The translations under genes and the position numbers were made by a program. Under the pieces are notes generated by a model. That model worked only from the letters and a program-made list of their open reading frames with translations. It made no database searches and was not told the origin of the DNA. From Eledone cirrhosa (taxonomy: Eukaryota): a DNA stretch of 64,000 bases. Shown piece by piece: positions 30,950-46,596 of this stretch; the first letter of the stretch is position 1; each line of letters starts with the position of its first letter. The stretch covers positions 288,300,001 to 288,364,000 of the forward strand of contig OZ024741.1 in the NCBI GenBank assembly GCA_964016885.1, written 5' to 3'.

Positions 30950-31927
30950 TATAAAGAAAAAGAGATGAAATCGAAAATGCAACTGGAGTCTTATTTTTTT
31001 AAAAAAATATATATATTTATTTGGTTCCTTTACCGGTTTCGCAGTTCTTCTGCTTTTCAAAAGGTGAGTTGAGATGGCGGGTCTGTGGTTTTTCTCACAT
31101 CTGGTTGGTCTCTGAATGTTACTTGTTTTATATGGAAAAAGTGGCTCGAAATGCCAGGTTTTTCGAGAAGTAATTTGATTGGTTTGTCAATAATTATAAT
31201 AAATTTCGCGCCAGTTCGCGTTACAATAGGTCTTCAAATAAGAGGGGGGGGGGTTGTCACAGGTTGTTTTTTCATACATGATTGTTTGAATTTCTTTTTA
31301 CTTGAAAAAAGGGGCTCACGAAGGCTTTTTTTTTGGTTGGTTATAAATGAAATTATGGCAGTCACGTGAACAAGTTTTCATTAAATTTTTGTGTCCTTAT
31401 TTGGAAATCCATTCTGTAGCCTTTTTAGAGAATTTTATGATAAGTGAAAGATAATGGTCAAGAGAAAGGGATGGGAGAATTGTTCTGGTTCAGTGAATAT
31501 GGTTAGTTCGCTGGGGTGTCAGAATTCAGATTTTCTATTGAATAAAGAAAGTAAAGATATGTATGTTTATTTGTGTGCTTGTGATTGTGTGTGCGCGTGT
31601 GTGTGTGTGTGTTGTATGTGTGTGTGTTTGAATTTCATTACTTTAAAAAAAGGGTGGCTCACGAAGGCTTTTTTTTAATAAACGTGATTTGATTGGTTAT
31701 AAATGAAATTTGGCTGTCACGTGAACAAGTTTTCATTACATTTTTGCGCCCTTATTTGGAAATCTATTCTGTAGCCTTTATAGAGAATGTTATGACAATG
31801 GAAAGATAGAGGTCAAGAGAAATGGGATTGGGAGAATTGTTCTGGTTCAGTGAATATGGTTAGTTCGCTGGGGTGTCAGAGTTCAGATTTTCTATTGAAG
31901 TAAAGATATGTATGTTTATTTGTGTGC

Positions 31928-31996
<69 letters not shown>

Positions 31997-34165
31997 TGTG
32001 TATGTGTGTATTGGAAGATGATTCTATTAGTAGAAATGGGGGAGGGAGTTGTGTGTGTGTGTATATGGGTGTTATGTGTGTGTTTGCGAGTATGTTAAGA
32101 TGGAGAGAATATATATTTTGTGTGTGTGTATATATGTGTAGGAAAGAGGTTCTATTAGTAGAAATGGGGGAGGGAGTTGTGGGTGTGGGGGTTGTCATGT
32201 GTGTGTATTGGTGTTATGTGTGTGGGAGTATGGTTAGCATGTTAAGATGAAGAGAATATATATATATATATATATTGTGTGTGTGTGTGTGTGTAAGAAA
32301 ATGATTCCTTTAGTAGGAATATTTTTGAATGAACATATTTTCCTTACTTATTCGTATTTGTTCTGTGCAAACGTATGTTAAGGTTTATTTAGTTCGGGTT
32401 TTTATTTTCTAAAGTAGAAGGTGTTATGTGTGTGTGTGTATGTCATATTATGGTGTTGACATAATGTATATTAAACCATATGTAATGCTGGTCTATATTT
32501 TTGAATAAACATATTTTCCTTATTTATTTGTATTTGTTCTATTGTATTGTTAGCGCAAAGGTAAAATGGGTAGACTTGGAATTTGGGTGTCTTATTACTT
32601 GCGCAAATGTCTAGATGTGCACTTAGTGGTATCTGTCTCGTGGTTGGATCTCGTAATTGTTGGCGATGAACTGTCATTCTGTTTCTGAGTGTGAGTTTAG
32701 TTTGTCCTATATAATCTTCATTGCATCCTTTACATTTAATGGCATAAACTAGATTTTTTAATGAGCAAGTGAAGTGATTTTTTACAGTAAAATTTGGTCC
32801 TGATTTAAATGTATACGTGTTGCCTTAAATGAGGTGAGTGCAGGTTCCACAATTAGAGCGACCACATTTTTTGATACTTGGTTGTGGGTTTGTGGTAGGT
32901 TATTTGGCATTGGTGAGTAATGTTTTCAGTGATTTTGGTTGTCTTTTGCTTTTGATTATTTTGTGTGTTTCAAGGGCTTTTTTCATTCTTGGGTTTTGTT
33001 TTAGTAGTGGGATGTTCTTGTGAATAGTGTTGTAAGCTTCCGCATTTCTTGGGTTGTGTGTTGAGATATATGATAGAATATTGGACGTACCTTGAATTTG
33101 TTTCTGTTTCCGTAATTCATCAATGCCTATTGCTTTAGCCCTTTCTATTCCATTATTTATTAGTAATAGTGGGTACTCTCTCTCGAGTAGAATTTCCTTT
33201 AATTATTGAAGTCTTTTATTTCGCATTTCATAATTGGAGACAATTGTGCAAATTCTTCTTGCTAGGTTAAAAGGAATGTTCGTCTTCTTGTGCTTTGGTT
33301 GGTTGGAGGCGAATAGCAGGTATTGTTTGGGATCTGTTGGTTTGTAGTGTATGTCAGTTTCGATATTTGTGTCTTTTTTTAAGATTAAGATGTCCAGAAA
33401 TGTGAGTTGATCTTGGCTGCATTCCATTGTGAATTGGATGTGGTTATTGATGCCGTTTATTAAGTTTTTGAAATCCTTCAGTTGGTCGAGTGTGTGGGAC
33501 CAAAGAATGAGGCAATCATCCAAGTAGCGTTTCCAATTCTCTGATAAATATTTGTGGAAGTTTAATCCGTATTTTGATTTGGACTGTTCATATATCTGGA
33601 CTTCTAAGTATGCCATGACTAAGTTGGCATAAGTTTGAGCGGCTTTTGTACCCATCGCAGTCCCCGATATTTGCTTGTAAGTATTGCCATCGAAATCAAA
33701 AAAGTTGTTCTGTAAGATGAATTTTAATCCCTCGGTGATGAAGCTTTTTTCTATTCTGTCAGGTATCTCATTGGGATATTTCTTTAGCCAGAATCCTATT
33801 GCTTCTAGTCCTTATTGGTGTGGGATCGTTGTGTAGAGATTCACTACATCGAAAGACACAATAATAGTGTCGTTGTTGACATGTTTTGGGGGGTGGTTTA
33901 AGAGGTCCAGATCGTCTCTTACAAGGCTTGGTATGTGTTTCAGTATTGGTTTCAGTATTATGTCTATAAAGTTTCTCAGTCTGTGTGTTTCACATTGTGG
34001 GCCCGCTACAATTGGTCTTAATTTAAGGTCTGTGGGGTATTGTGTGTTCACGCAGGCTGAGGTGGATTGTTTACAGGCATCGTTGATTATTTTACACTTG
34101 TGGATCTTCGGAAGTCCGTAAAGGTTGGTGGTTTTGTGTTCAAAATTTGTTAAATAATCGCGTTC

Positions 34166-34168
<3 letters not shown>
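30950..34168 (-). mobile_element. Penelope-like element (RT plus C-terminal GIY-YIG), 5'-truncated at (TA)n, disrupted
   Basis: RT motifs SFDVVNLYTTIP, GTAMGTKAAQTYANL and RYLDDC. Endonuclease CGRSNCGTC..LVYAIKCKGCNEDYIGQT..RMTVH. Direct repeat at 31305-31600/31645-31930 and an HHR at the 3' end. Confidence 0.9.
31027..31064 (-). ncRNA. Minimal hammerhead ribozyme, U3-A8 core variant
   Basis: cctt-TTGAAAA-gcag(aagaa)ctgc-GAAA-ccgg-TA-aagg, with palindromic ACCGGT as stem III. Confidence 0.75.
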
Positions 34169-34246
<78 letters not shown>

Positions 34247-34444
34247 TATATGCCTTCTGTCTTTACACACAGCACTAGACAAAATCGGTTCCTTCCTCAT
34301 TCACTCTTATCCTGGAACAGTTTTGTATGGCGTCAGTTTGCGATTTGAACTCGGGAATTTTATATTCTCCGAGCGAGAAGAACCTTCTGACGAGAATCCC
34401 CTTCTCAATGGTGGTCCGCCTGGATTATAGATTTATTTTGGGAT

Positions 34445-35283
<839 letters not shown>

Positions 35284-35285
<2 letters not shown>

Positions 35286-36230
35286 CGAATTAAGCCGTAC
35301 AGTGTTTAGCAACCATCGTTGCCCTTTTGTTCAACACTGACAAAGGAATGATGAACTAGTTTCAAGCTTATTAGCTACCATCAGCATCGTATACCTTCCT
35401 GTCAGATGATTGAACGTTTGAAAGTATATACTTTCCTTATGCATATTAACGGCTGAGCAGCCTAATTTGCATATCGAGTGAGTTAGTCGGCCGGGCGCAC
35501 CGAAAACTATAAATGGAAAACATGAAACGAAATTTCATTTCTCACTCTTAGTACGGCTGTTACTTAAATATAAGTATGTATACGTACATGGTGGCTGCCA
35601 ACTCGTTTTCGAGTACGGCCACTACTTTATATCCATGTAGGAGAACCCCTACTGATGCGCTGAACGAGTGTGACTTTTTAGTCCAGCCAGCGACTTGAAA
35701 ACTCTGGTACAAACACTACACTTGTGACAATTATTGACACATAGTGTTGGGCCCATGGTACCATGTGACGACAAGTGCAGAGAGATCTCCAGATATAAAG
35801 CAATGCCTGTGCCGTGAAGCTTTTATAGTGAGCAAAGGCACTGCACAAAGCCAGTCCCACTCTCTTAACCAAGATGATATTTACCAAAAAGAAGAACAAG
35901 TCAACATCATTGGATACCATCAGGGTTGCAGGTGTTATATCAGAGTTTTCCTTCTCCTAGAATTCTGCCTTGACAAAGGCTAAGGGGTCATCTCTCCCGG
36001 TGATTTTGGATGGCCATTGACTCTTAAGAGCTCCTTTGCCCTTTGACAGGTTTTGTTTTTAGTCCTGCAGGATGTCCAAAGTCACCCATATATAAGTATG
36101 TATACGTACATACATATATGTATACAGACGTACAGTAGTATGTATATATATACATACATGCACACATATATATATGTACGTATGGGTTTACCGAACATTT
36201 ATTATAATGCTCGGTTTGTTTGTAAACAAT
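35284..36230 (-). mobile_element. 420-bp HHR repeat copy (HHR 35348-35390) split by an RTE-derived insertion
   Basis: The family sequence resumes after the insertion, and a 22-bp target is duplicated. Confidence 0.8.
35590..36087 (-). mobile_element. Bipartite RTE-derived retroposon, 5'-truncated, with TSD
   Basis: Reverse complement of copies 1-4. atataagtatgtatacgtacat is duplicated at 35568-35589 and 36090-36111. Confidence 0.9.
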
Positions 36231-36239
36231 ATATATATA

Positions 36240-37475
<1,236 letters not shown>

Positions 37476-37479
37476 ATAA

Positions 37480-38040
37480 TAAATTAGAAGACTAAAATCC
37501 AAAGAGGGCTCGATAAGAATAAATATATATCAAATATATAAGAACCGTAGAACAAATATTTATTAAAATAACAGATTAAAGTTTAAGCAAAGAATCGCTG
37601 CTTTCACCCTTAACGGGATCTTCGGAAACTAAAAAAATCAATCTGTGAACGCGGAAGTAAATATTTCAAAAAACGTTGCAACCGAAGGAAGACAGGAAGA
37701 CGATAACACTTTGGTTCGTGGAAACGTTCCCTGGCAAAGAACGGAAAAAAACGAAGATAATACGTCATTATTTGGAGCGGTGAAAACAATTACACGCAGA
37801 GACAAAACCATGTGTATGGTATAAATGAAGTCGTAGACTAATATTCTATTAGGTGGTTCGTGGAGACGTTCTCTGGCAATGAACGAAAAAACGAAGATAA
37901 TACGTCATTACGTGGACCGTTGAGAACAATTACACGCAAAGACAAATCCACGTATATGGTATAACTGAAGTCGTAGACTAAAATTCTAACTAGGAAACCG
38001 AATGATTCTCGGCTTCAGAGTTAAGAATAAAGTAAATAAA
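37480..38040 (-). mobile_element. pLTR-like repeat with hammerhead (37580-37630); other copies at 44925-45360 and 62850-63110
   Basis: agttt-CCGAAGA-tccc(gttaa)gggt-GAAA-gca..tgc-TT-aaact. The second copy (45043-45093) has a CAGAAGA core. Confidence 0.65.
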
Positions 38041-38639
38041 TTACAGAGGGAATTGAAATTAAATAAATACATGTATGCATCCAAATACGTACATACACAA
38101 GCATACGCGAAAACACTCGCCATGGGTATGCAAATACAAGCACGTACACAAAAAAAAAACACGCACGCACATACAGAACCCACGCAACGCCTGTACCCGC
38201 ACACGAACGTATACACCAAATACACATAAAAATATATATTTAAAAAAAATATATATATGTGTGTGTGTGTGCGTGTATACATATAATTTTATAAACGTAT
38301 ATAAATATACACAGATAAATACGGATATAACGCGCGCACACACATACCTACATGTAAATACACATATATTCGCAGACGTCCGTCAACCAAAACACAAAGT
38401 ACACATACACACACACCCTACATACTTACGAACCCGTATACTCACACAGACGCAAAACTCACGTATACACATAACCATATGCACATGTACCAGTATACAT
38501 AAAAATATACGCCAAACATATACAAGCAAATATACGTACGAGAAAGTATACGTACCTTCACAAAACATACAGGTGATATATACTTACCTATACAAATAAG
38601 TAATGGTATAAACATAACATATACTTAGCTACCACATCA

Positions 38640-40045
38640 AGACGTAAAATATCCGCGTATAGTTCGTACTATCCGTTAGGGTATAATGTGGGGCTGTAAT
38701 ACAGGAAAGTTTTGTGCAATTTATGTTTACAAGCCGAAATTGCCTCAGATTTTTTGTTTAAGATGTGGTCTTTGGCGTAGAGTATTTCCAGGGTCTCAGC
38801 GGCGCAGAGGTCACATGGTCTTTTATTTCCGTTATACGATCTAGCCCTATCTAGGATCTCCCAGTGTAGCTTATATTGGGTGTGGTTGTCTTTTAGACTT
38901 CAGATATAAGCTGGAAATTACGTTATATTCCTTCTTAAAGGGTTAAGAAAAGAATGGGTATGCATGTAAAGACGCTGCTTGAATCTATTGGCAGTTAACC
39001 TTATGTAGGCCCTACGGGACGTGGGTGTTTCAACCTTACATTTGTAGACAATGTTACTAGAGAGGCATTTCCCGGATAGGGGGCAGTGAACCCGATTCCT
39101 ACAATTACAGTTAGTACTAGCTACAGGGTTGCAGGTGTTCCTACGGCTAGGCAATTTAGCTAAATTTGAAGCAATGATGTTATGTGCAAGGTTAGGAGTC
39201 GTTGAGTAAGAAATGTTAATAGTATTTCTATTAAAAAATTTACTATATTTATGTGCTGGTGGGGGGGGGGGGGATGCTTCATAATAAGGGAGAGAAAGAT
39301 CTTAGCTAATCTTAGCTAATGGTGTGGCCACCTCCATATTATATGGTGGGTTATACCATATAATGCGTCGGGATCTATTTTTCCTAGGTCTATTCTCGTA
39401 CTCTGTATATGCTACCTTATCGACAAATCCACTCCGAGCAAGAGCTTCATTGTAATATGTGGAATGGTCGTTGAAAATATGCTCGTTTGTAGATAGACGG
39501 GAAAGTCTCAAAGAAACGTTTCTTACCATGTTCTTGGTTATGCTGGCAGGATGGTTAGAATGCTTACTAATGTAATTAAGCGTATCATTCGGCTTTCTAT
39601 ACGGGTAGTGCAAACCATTCGACAAATTGAGGGTAACGTCGAGGTAATTAACGACCGAGAGGCTGGCCTCAATCTGTATGGAGAGGTTGAAGCCTTTAAA
39701 GAAGGCTGTGAGTTCTTTTCTGAACCTGTCGCAAGCACGTGGGCCGCACTTTGTCATGGTCAAAAGACCGTCATCACGGTACAAACCACCGCCTACGTTG
39801 GGGAATTCTTCCTTGATAGAGAAAAGAAGGAAAAGGCCAATAAAATCAGTAACCTCCGCAGAATCGCTGGCGCCCATACTCACGTGGAATGGGGTACTAT
39901 TAGTTTTTTAATCCAAATAGAGTCGTCGAAATTAATCACCGACTTACGGGCATTGAGGATGACATCAACTTCGAAATCCTTAACCACTGTGAGTGTTTTA
40001 GCGAAATTGATAGCTCTAAGAAGAAATCCGGCCTTCTATTACAGG
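38640..40045 (-). mobile_element. Penelope-like element fragment (RT plus GIY-YIG), frameshifted
   Basis: MGASDSAEVTDFIG..GGGLYRDDGL..NYLDVTLNL..IIWYNPPY, then CNCR..CPLSGKCL..IVYKC..YI...FKQR...H and PCDLC..E. Confidence 0.88.
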
Positions 40046-40094
40046 TGAAACTCCAGTATAACAAGACTCATCACTTAACCATTACAAAAAAATA

Positions 40095-40250
40095 ATTGTT
40101 TCTACTTTCGGCACAAGGCCAGCAATTACCCCAGTGCATTACTTGTGCTTTATTTTTAACGACCCCGTAATGATGAAAGGCAAAGCTAACCTCAGCTGGA
40201 TTTGAACTCATAAAGGGCGTAATTCTATGCCACAAAACATGGTGTCCAAT
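40095..40250 (-). mobile_element. tRNA-like SINE
   Basis: Reverse complement of the SINE body. Confidence 0.75.
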
Positions 40251-40353
40251 CCTAATAATAATGCACACACAAGCACACACACACACATGCACACACACAC
40301 ACACACACACGCACGCACGCACGCGCGCGCACACACACACGCACGCACGCACG

Positions 40354-40454
<101 letters not shown>

Positions 40455-40514
40455 TCAGGTATGCATATTTTGTATATTTAATGGTGTACGATATGTTAAC
40501 GAATAAAAATTTGA

Positions 40515-41325
40515 AAGCCGGGCGTACCGAAAACGATAAATGGAAAAGAATGAAACGAAATTTCATTTCACACTCTTAGTACGGCTGACACTTAAATAGT
40601 ATGTATACATACATACATATATGTATACAGACGTACAGTAGTATGTATATATATACATACATGCACACATATAAATATGTACGTATGGGTTTACCGAACA
40701 TTTATTATAATGTTCGGTTTGTTTGTAAACAAACAGCCGAATTAAGCCGTACAGTGTTCGGCAACCATCGTTGCCATTTTGTTCAACACTGACACGTCTG
40801 TATACATATATGTATACATCACTGACAAAGGAACGATGTATATATATACATACTACTGTACGTCTGTATACATATATGTATCTACGTATACATACTGATA
40901 TTTAAGTATCAGCCGTACTAAGAGTGAGAAATGAAATTTCGTTTCATTCTTTTTCATTTATCGTTTTCGGTACGCCCGGCCGACTAACTCACTCGATATG
41001 CAAATTAGGCTGCTCAGCCGTTAATATGCTTAAGGAAAGTATATACTTTCAAACGTTCAATCATCTGACAGGAAGGTATACGATGCTGACGATAGCTAAT
41101 AAGCTTGAAACTAGTTCATCGTTCCTTTGTCAGTGTTGAACAAAATGGCAACGATGGTTGCCGAACACTGTACGGCTTAATTCGGGCTGTTTGTTTACAA
41201 ACAAACCGAGCATTATAATAAATGTTCGGTAAACCCATACGTACATATATATATGTGTGGTTGTATCTATATATATATACATACTACTGTACGTCTGTAT
41301 ACATATATGTATGTACGTATACATA

Positions 41326-41330
<5 letters not shown>
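40515..41330. mobile_element. Inverted pair of 420-bp HHR repeat copies (HHR on + at 41080-41122)
   Basis: acgatg-CTGACGA-tagct(aata)agctt-GAAA-ctag-TT-catcgt. 40515-40795 is in the opposite orientation. Confidence 0.85.
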
Positions 41331-41379
<49 letters not shown>

Positions 41380-41382
<3 letters not shown>

Positions 41383-41546
41383 ATTGCCTTGTCCGATGAA
41401 CGAATGAGGACGTTTTTTCGTATTCATCTTATTCGGGAAACCTCTGGTAATTACATTGTATTGTTTATTATACATTAAATTTTGCTCTGGTACTTACATA
41501 GAGCACTCTTCACTCCTATGACTTTTTCAATTTTCAACGGAAATTT

Positions 41547-41550
<4 letters not shown>
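41380..41550 (+). mobile_element. Short (TA)n-embedded element with a degenerate HHR of the 1687-type
   Basis: CCGATGA-acgaatgagg..tcttattcgg-GAAA-cctctgg-TA. The downstream gctctggtacttacatagagcactc is shared with 1795-1820. Confidence 0.5.
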
Positions 41551-41629
<79 letters not shown>

Positions 41630-41630
<1 letters not shown>

Positions 41631-41955
41631 CCTTTACCATCCCAATGAACGGTCTTTCCGAGTTAGGGACTTCTTCAGCTGCACCTCCACCAGCCTTTTC
41701 TATGGGCTCCGTTCTACTCTGTGCGGAGCCATCTACCTTGGTCAAACTGGCTGTCGTCTGGTCGACTGATTTGCTGAACACCTTCAGGACATCCGGGTCG
41801 GCAACACGACTCCTATCTCCCGACATTTTCGATCCGCCGTCCACTCCACCCGCCACCTCAGTATCTTCGGGCTCTCACAATGTGCTGCACCCTCTGTCTG
41901 ACTCGTGCTGGCAGAAAGAGCAGCAACTTATTTTTTCCTTACACACCTTTCTTTC
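41630..41955 (+). mobile_element. Penelope-like GIY-YIG 3' fragment
   Basis: [42 protein letters not shown]...KEQQLIFSLHT. Confidence 0.7.
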
Positions 41956-42850
41956 CCCTAACCTTCTTCCTTTAGTCTGCTCTGTCATATCCCCTAACCT
42001 TCTTTCTTTAGTCTGCTCTGTCATATCCCCTAACCTTCTTCCTTTAGTCTGCTCTGTCATATCCCCTAACCTTCTTCCTTTAGTCTACTCTGTCATATCC
42101 CCTAACCTTCTTCCTTTAGTCTGCTCTGTCATATCCCCTAACCTTCTTCCTTTAGTCTGCTCTGTCATATCCCCTAACCTTCTTCCTTTAGTCTGCTCTG
42201 TCATATCCCCTAACCTTCTTTCTTTAGTCTGCTCTGTCATATCCCCTAACCTTCTTCCTTTAGTCTACTCTGTCATATCCCCTAACCTTCTTCCTTTAGT
42301 CTGCTCTGTCATATCCCCTAACCTTCTTCCTTTAGTCTGCTCTGTCATATCCCCTAACCTTCTTCCTTTAGTCTACTCTGTCATATCCCCTAACCTTCCT
42401 TTAGTCTGCTCTGTCATATCCCCTAACCTTCTTCCTTTAGTCTGCTCTGTCATATCCCCTAACCTTCTTCCTTTAGTCTGCTCTGTCATATCCCCTAACC
42501 TTCTTCCTTTAGTCTGCTCTGTCATATCCCCTAACCTTCTTCCTTTAGTCTGCTCTGTCATATCCCCTAACCTTCTTCCTTTAGTCTGCTCTGTCATATC
42601 CCCTAACCTTCTTCCTTTAGTCTGCTCTGTCATATCCCCTAACCTTCTTCCTTTAGTCTGCTCTGTCATATCCCCTAACCTTCTTCCTTTAGTCTGCTCT
42701 GTCATATCCCCTAACCTTCTTCCTTTAGTCTGCTCTGTCATATCCCCTAACCTTCTTCCTTTAATCTGCCCTGTCATATCCCCTAACCTTCTTCCTTTAG
42801 TCTACTCTGTCATATCCCCTAACCTTCTTCCTTTAGTCTACTCTGTCATA
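41954..42850. repeat. 36-bp minisatellite, ~25 copies
   Basis: Unit tcccctaaccttcttcctttagtctgctctgtcata. Confidence 0.95.
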
Positions 42851-43973
42851 TACACTCTATCACACACTAAATACTTTCTTTATCCTATGACACATACCCG
42901 TTAATGCATACACACTTACATACAAATCACAGTTAGATACTTTACACGTACACAATATAAACGTCAACATAAATACACACGTTAAAATGTAATAATTGAC
43001 TCACACATACAAATACTCACATCTCACGGACATACGCAAACACTGCCAGATATTTACACACACAAAATTACTTGATACTCTCCGCCGGGGCTGTGGGGAG
43101 GCCAGCACGTGGGACCCCATTTGCTCACCATACAGAGAGATGGGGGAGGGCGAGAGAGATGGGGGTGAGGACAGTGGGAGTTCGGCTCTTCCACGTTCAG
43201 ACCATATCCTTGTGGTTGTATTTATTATCTAGATAGGAAATTATTAACTATTTTACCAGGACACTATGATTGTTGATATGATACATTTATTCATTTACAC
43301 TGGATTAATAGGACTTTAACACTTATTCTGGAGATTCTATCTGAACATGAGAAGCTGATGAAACATATTACATATTTCTATATATGAGTATATTTTTCCT
43401 CTCAATTCTACGTGGTAATATCAGCGTCTCTAGTACACACATTCAAACTTATATTCACTCACACATACAAGTCCACTACCGCTACTATACGGATATACAC
43501 ATACACTCGCTATCTTTGATAATATACGCAAATTTTATATTTTCATTCTGAAGGAACTTATCCACTTGTGTTGATATAAGTGATTTTATGACTTTCCTGT
43601 AAGCATTGTGTCATTATATATGTTATAAGCGTGAATAAAAAATATACACATATATACCTTAAAAATTATACCTTAAAAAATCACACACGTTTAAACATCC
43701 ACTTACACCCACACATAATATCGACAGTATATACACACTTCACTCCAACTCGTTACCAAGACTACCTAACGGTTTGTCTTGTTTACATTCTTCATTTTCG
43801 ATTTATTTTCTTTACTTGGACTTCCTATATTTCTGTTTCACCTTTGTGATCCTGTCTCTATTTTGTACTCCTGAAGAAGGACTAAAGCCCAACACGTCGA
43901 ACTTTCTTTCCTCTTTTCCATATAAAGTGTGAAACTAATAAGACTCTTTGTACCCCTGTTTGTTGTCTCCTTG

Positions 43974-44036
<63 letters not shown>

Positions 44037-44041
44037 AACCT

Positions 44042-44109
44042 CTCTGTCTGATGAGCGAACTACACATATGTTAATATTGTCTAGGGTCCCGAAACCTTTG
44101 GTAATGGAG
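44042..44109 (+). ncRNA. Hammerhead ribozyme (1687-type, imperfect stem II) within (TA)n
   Basis: ctctgt-CTGATGA-gcgaac...ggtccc-GAAA-cctttgg-TA-atggag. Confidence 0.6.
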
Positions 44110-44132
44110 TAGTTATATATTGTGTTCACTTA

Positions 44133-44220
<88 letters not shown>

Positions 44221-44223
<3 letters not shown>

Positions 44224-44588
44224 ACTCTGGATGTCGGTGAGCATGTCCAGCTAACCTCAGTCTCCTCTGTGTCACTTTTGAGCTGACTTTTGGGATGCTC
44301 CCATACAGCTCTGAGTTTTTCAACCTCAGTGTATACTGATTAATGTTCAGAGCCATCCTCAGCATTCTCGTGTAGCACCCATCCGCCATCTGAGTGGGTT
44401 TCTTGGTCAGTGTCCAAGTCTCAGACCCATACATGGACACACTAGAAGAGGAAGACCAAGGTTAACGTATGTTGATGCCCTAAGGACAGACACTGGTCTG
44501 TTGGAGACGCAGGACATGGCAGCGATAATGAGGGACAGAGACCGCTGGAGAGAACTCGTCCATGGATCTCGGAAATTTTACCCGCCTT

Positions 44589-44590
<2 letters not shown>
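44221..44590 (-). mobile_element. RTE-clade LINE fragment
   Basis: MYGSETWTLTK..DGCYTRMLRMALNI..NSELYG..RRLRLAGH..RH, the post-RT region of RTE. Confidence 0.8.
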
Positions 44591-44638
<48 letters not shown>

Positions 44639-45374
44639 ATATATACAATATAAACATACATATATATTTGATATCAGAGAAAACAACAACAATTCATTGA
44701 ATTTAATACATGATATTTAATACATGTTTTTAAGCTCTGCTTATGATATTTCTGCTTGACAAATCTACGAATCATTCTCCCTTTTCGTCTGACTTGCTAA
44801 CTCTACACATCGGGCACACTAGCCCTCTCTCTACTGGCTTGTAATTTTCGTAACTAATCCATTACCTCTCTTCCTTGATTCGTTTGCCTACTTCACCCCC
44901 CCCCCCCCCACACACACACATTTAGTAATAATAATGTGTGAAGACTAAAAGCCGAAGTGGGCTCGATAAGGATAATATATATATATATATATAAAAATAT
45001 ATAAAAACCGTAGAGCAAATATTCATTAAAATAACAGATTAAAGTTTAAGCAAAGAATCGCTGCTTTCACCCTTAACGGGATCTTCTGAAACTAAAAAAA
45101 TCAATCTGTGGACGCAGAAGTAAATATTTCGAAAAACGTTGCAACCGAAGGAAAACAGGAAGACGATACTTTGGTTTGTGAAGACGTTGCCTGGCAATGA
45201 ACGGAAAAAAGCGGGTATAATTACGCCGTTATGTGGAGCGATGAGAACAATACCACGCAAAGACCCCCCCCCCCCCCCCCAACAAACAAAAACGTTTATG
45301 GTATAAATGGAGTCATTAGACTAATATTCAATTTAGGAAACCGAATGATTCTCAGTTCCATATTTGTATATGAT

Positions 45375-45478
<104 letters not shown>

Positions 45479-45546
45479 ACACACACATACACACACACAC
45501 ACACACGCACACACACACATACACACACACACATATAATATAGTAT

Positions 45547-45752
45547 ACTTAAGCCAAAATTTCATTTTTGAGGGATATAAGCTAAATCGGCTAAAAAAAG
45601 GTTGATCTTTACTTATATAATACTCCGACCATGGTTTCTAGAACTCAAGATACATCGGCGATTCCAAGACATTGCAATAACCAATAAGTAAAAACTGACT
45701 TTCTTTTTAACCAATTTAGCTTATATCCCCAAAATGAGATTTTGGCTTAAGT
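45547..45752. mobile_element. MITE-like element with ~50-bp imperfect TIRs
   Basis: acttaagccaaaatttcatttttgagggatataagctaaat ... atttagcttatatccccaaaatgagattttggcttaagt. Confidence 0.65.
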
Positions 45753-45785
45753 TTAATATATGTTAATACTTCCCTGAGTAAATAA

Positions 45786-45900
45786 TCTTTATATATAAAA
45801 GAGAGATGTTTATTAGTTGGCTGGTTGGTTATTTGGTTGAATTACACGAATACTACACACACACACACATACACACACACAAATACATACTCACACATAT

Positions 45901-45941
<41 letters not shown>

Positions 45942-46596
45942 CACAGAGGGATAGGCAGAAAGCGAGAGATAGGAAGTTATACAGAGAGAGATACAATTAA
46001 AGTGCTAGATATTCAGAGAGAGAGAGAGAGGGGGTGAGAGAGAGTAACGTCCCACCGAAGTCTAGAAACGGCTTAAACTATAGATCCTTTGATCTATACT
46101 ATAGATCAAAGGATCTATTGTTTAAGCCGTTTCTAGATTCTATGGGAAGGTTTAACAATATTGCGTAAGCTTTTATAAATTCGTTTTACAGTCTTTGATT
46201 TTACAGAACAAAGAAAAAATGATATTATTTGAAATTAATCTACCCTCCAGCTTTTATCCATATACTACTTACAGACCGTACTAACGAAGCTAAACACTTC
46301 AGAAGCAATGTTATGCTGCGTTTCAGATGACGTCTTTTGGAGTTGAAAAAGATCATACTGACTATGGTTATTTCACATTTAAAATCCAAGAGCAATGCTA
46401 CCATTTAATCGGCAGTTTACTCCCCCAGCCTAATAAGGAAGTTTTATGATTGTTTTGTTTTTGTCTCTCTCACACAGAATCACACACTCACATATTACCA
46501 TCTCACCTCATATCAGACAACACATCCAATATAGTCGTTTTCTCTTTTATCCATCTTATAACTATTCTCCCGGGCAAGGCCGGGTCCCTCGGCTAG
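45786..46596 (+). mobile_element. Non-autonomous Helitron, complete termini
   Basis: A|TC...hairpin-CTAG|T. RepHel remnant FKIQEQCYHLIGSLLP. Confidence 0.88.

Noticed and set aside
41645-42904. 419-aa ORF as a repeat protein
   Set aside because: It is a Penelope remnant running into a 36-bp minisatellite, with no other gene evidence.
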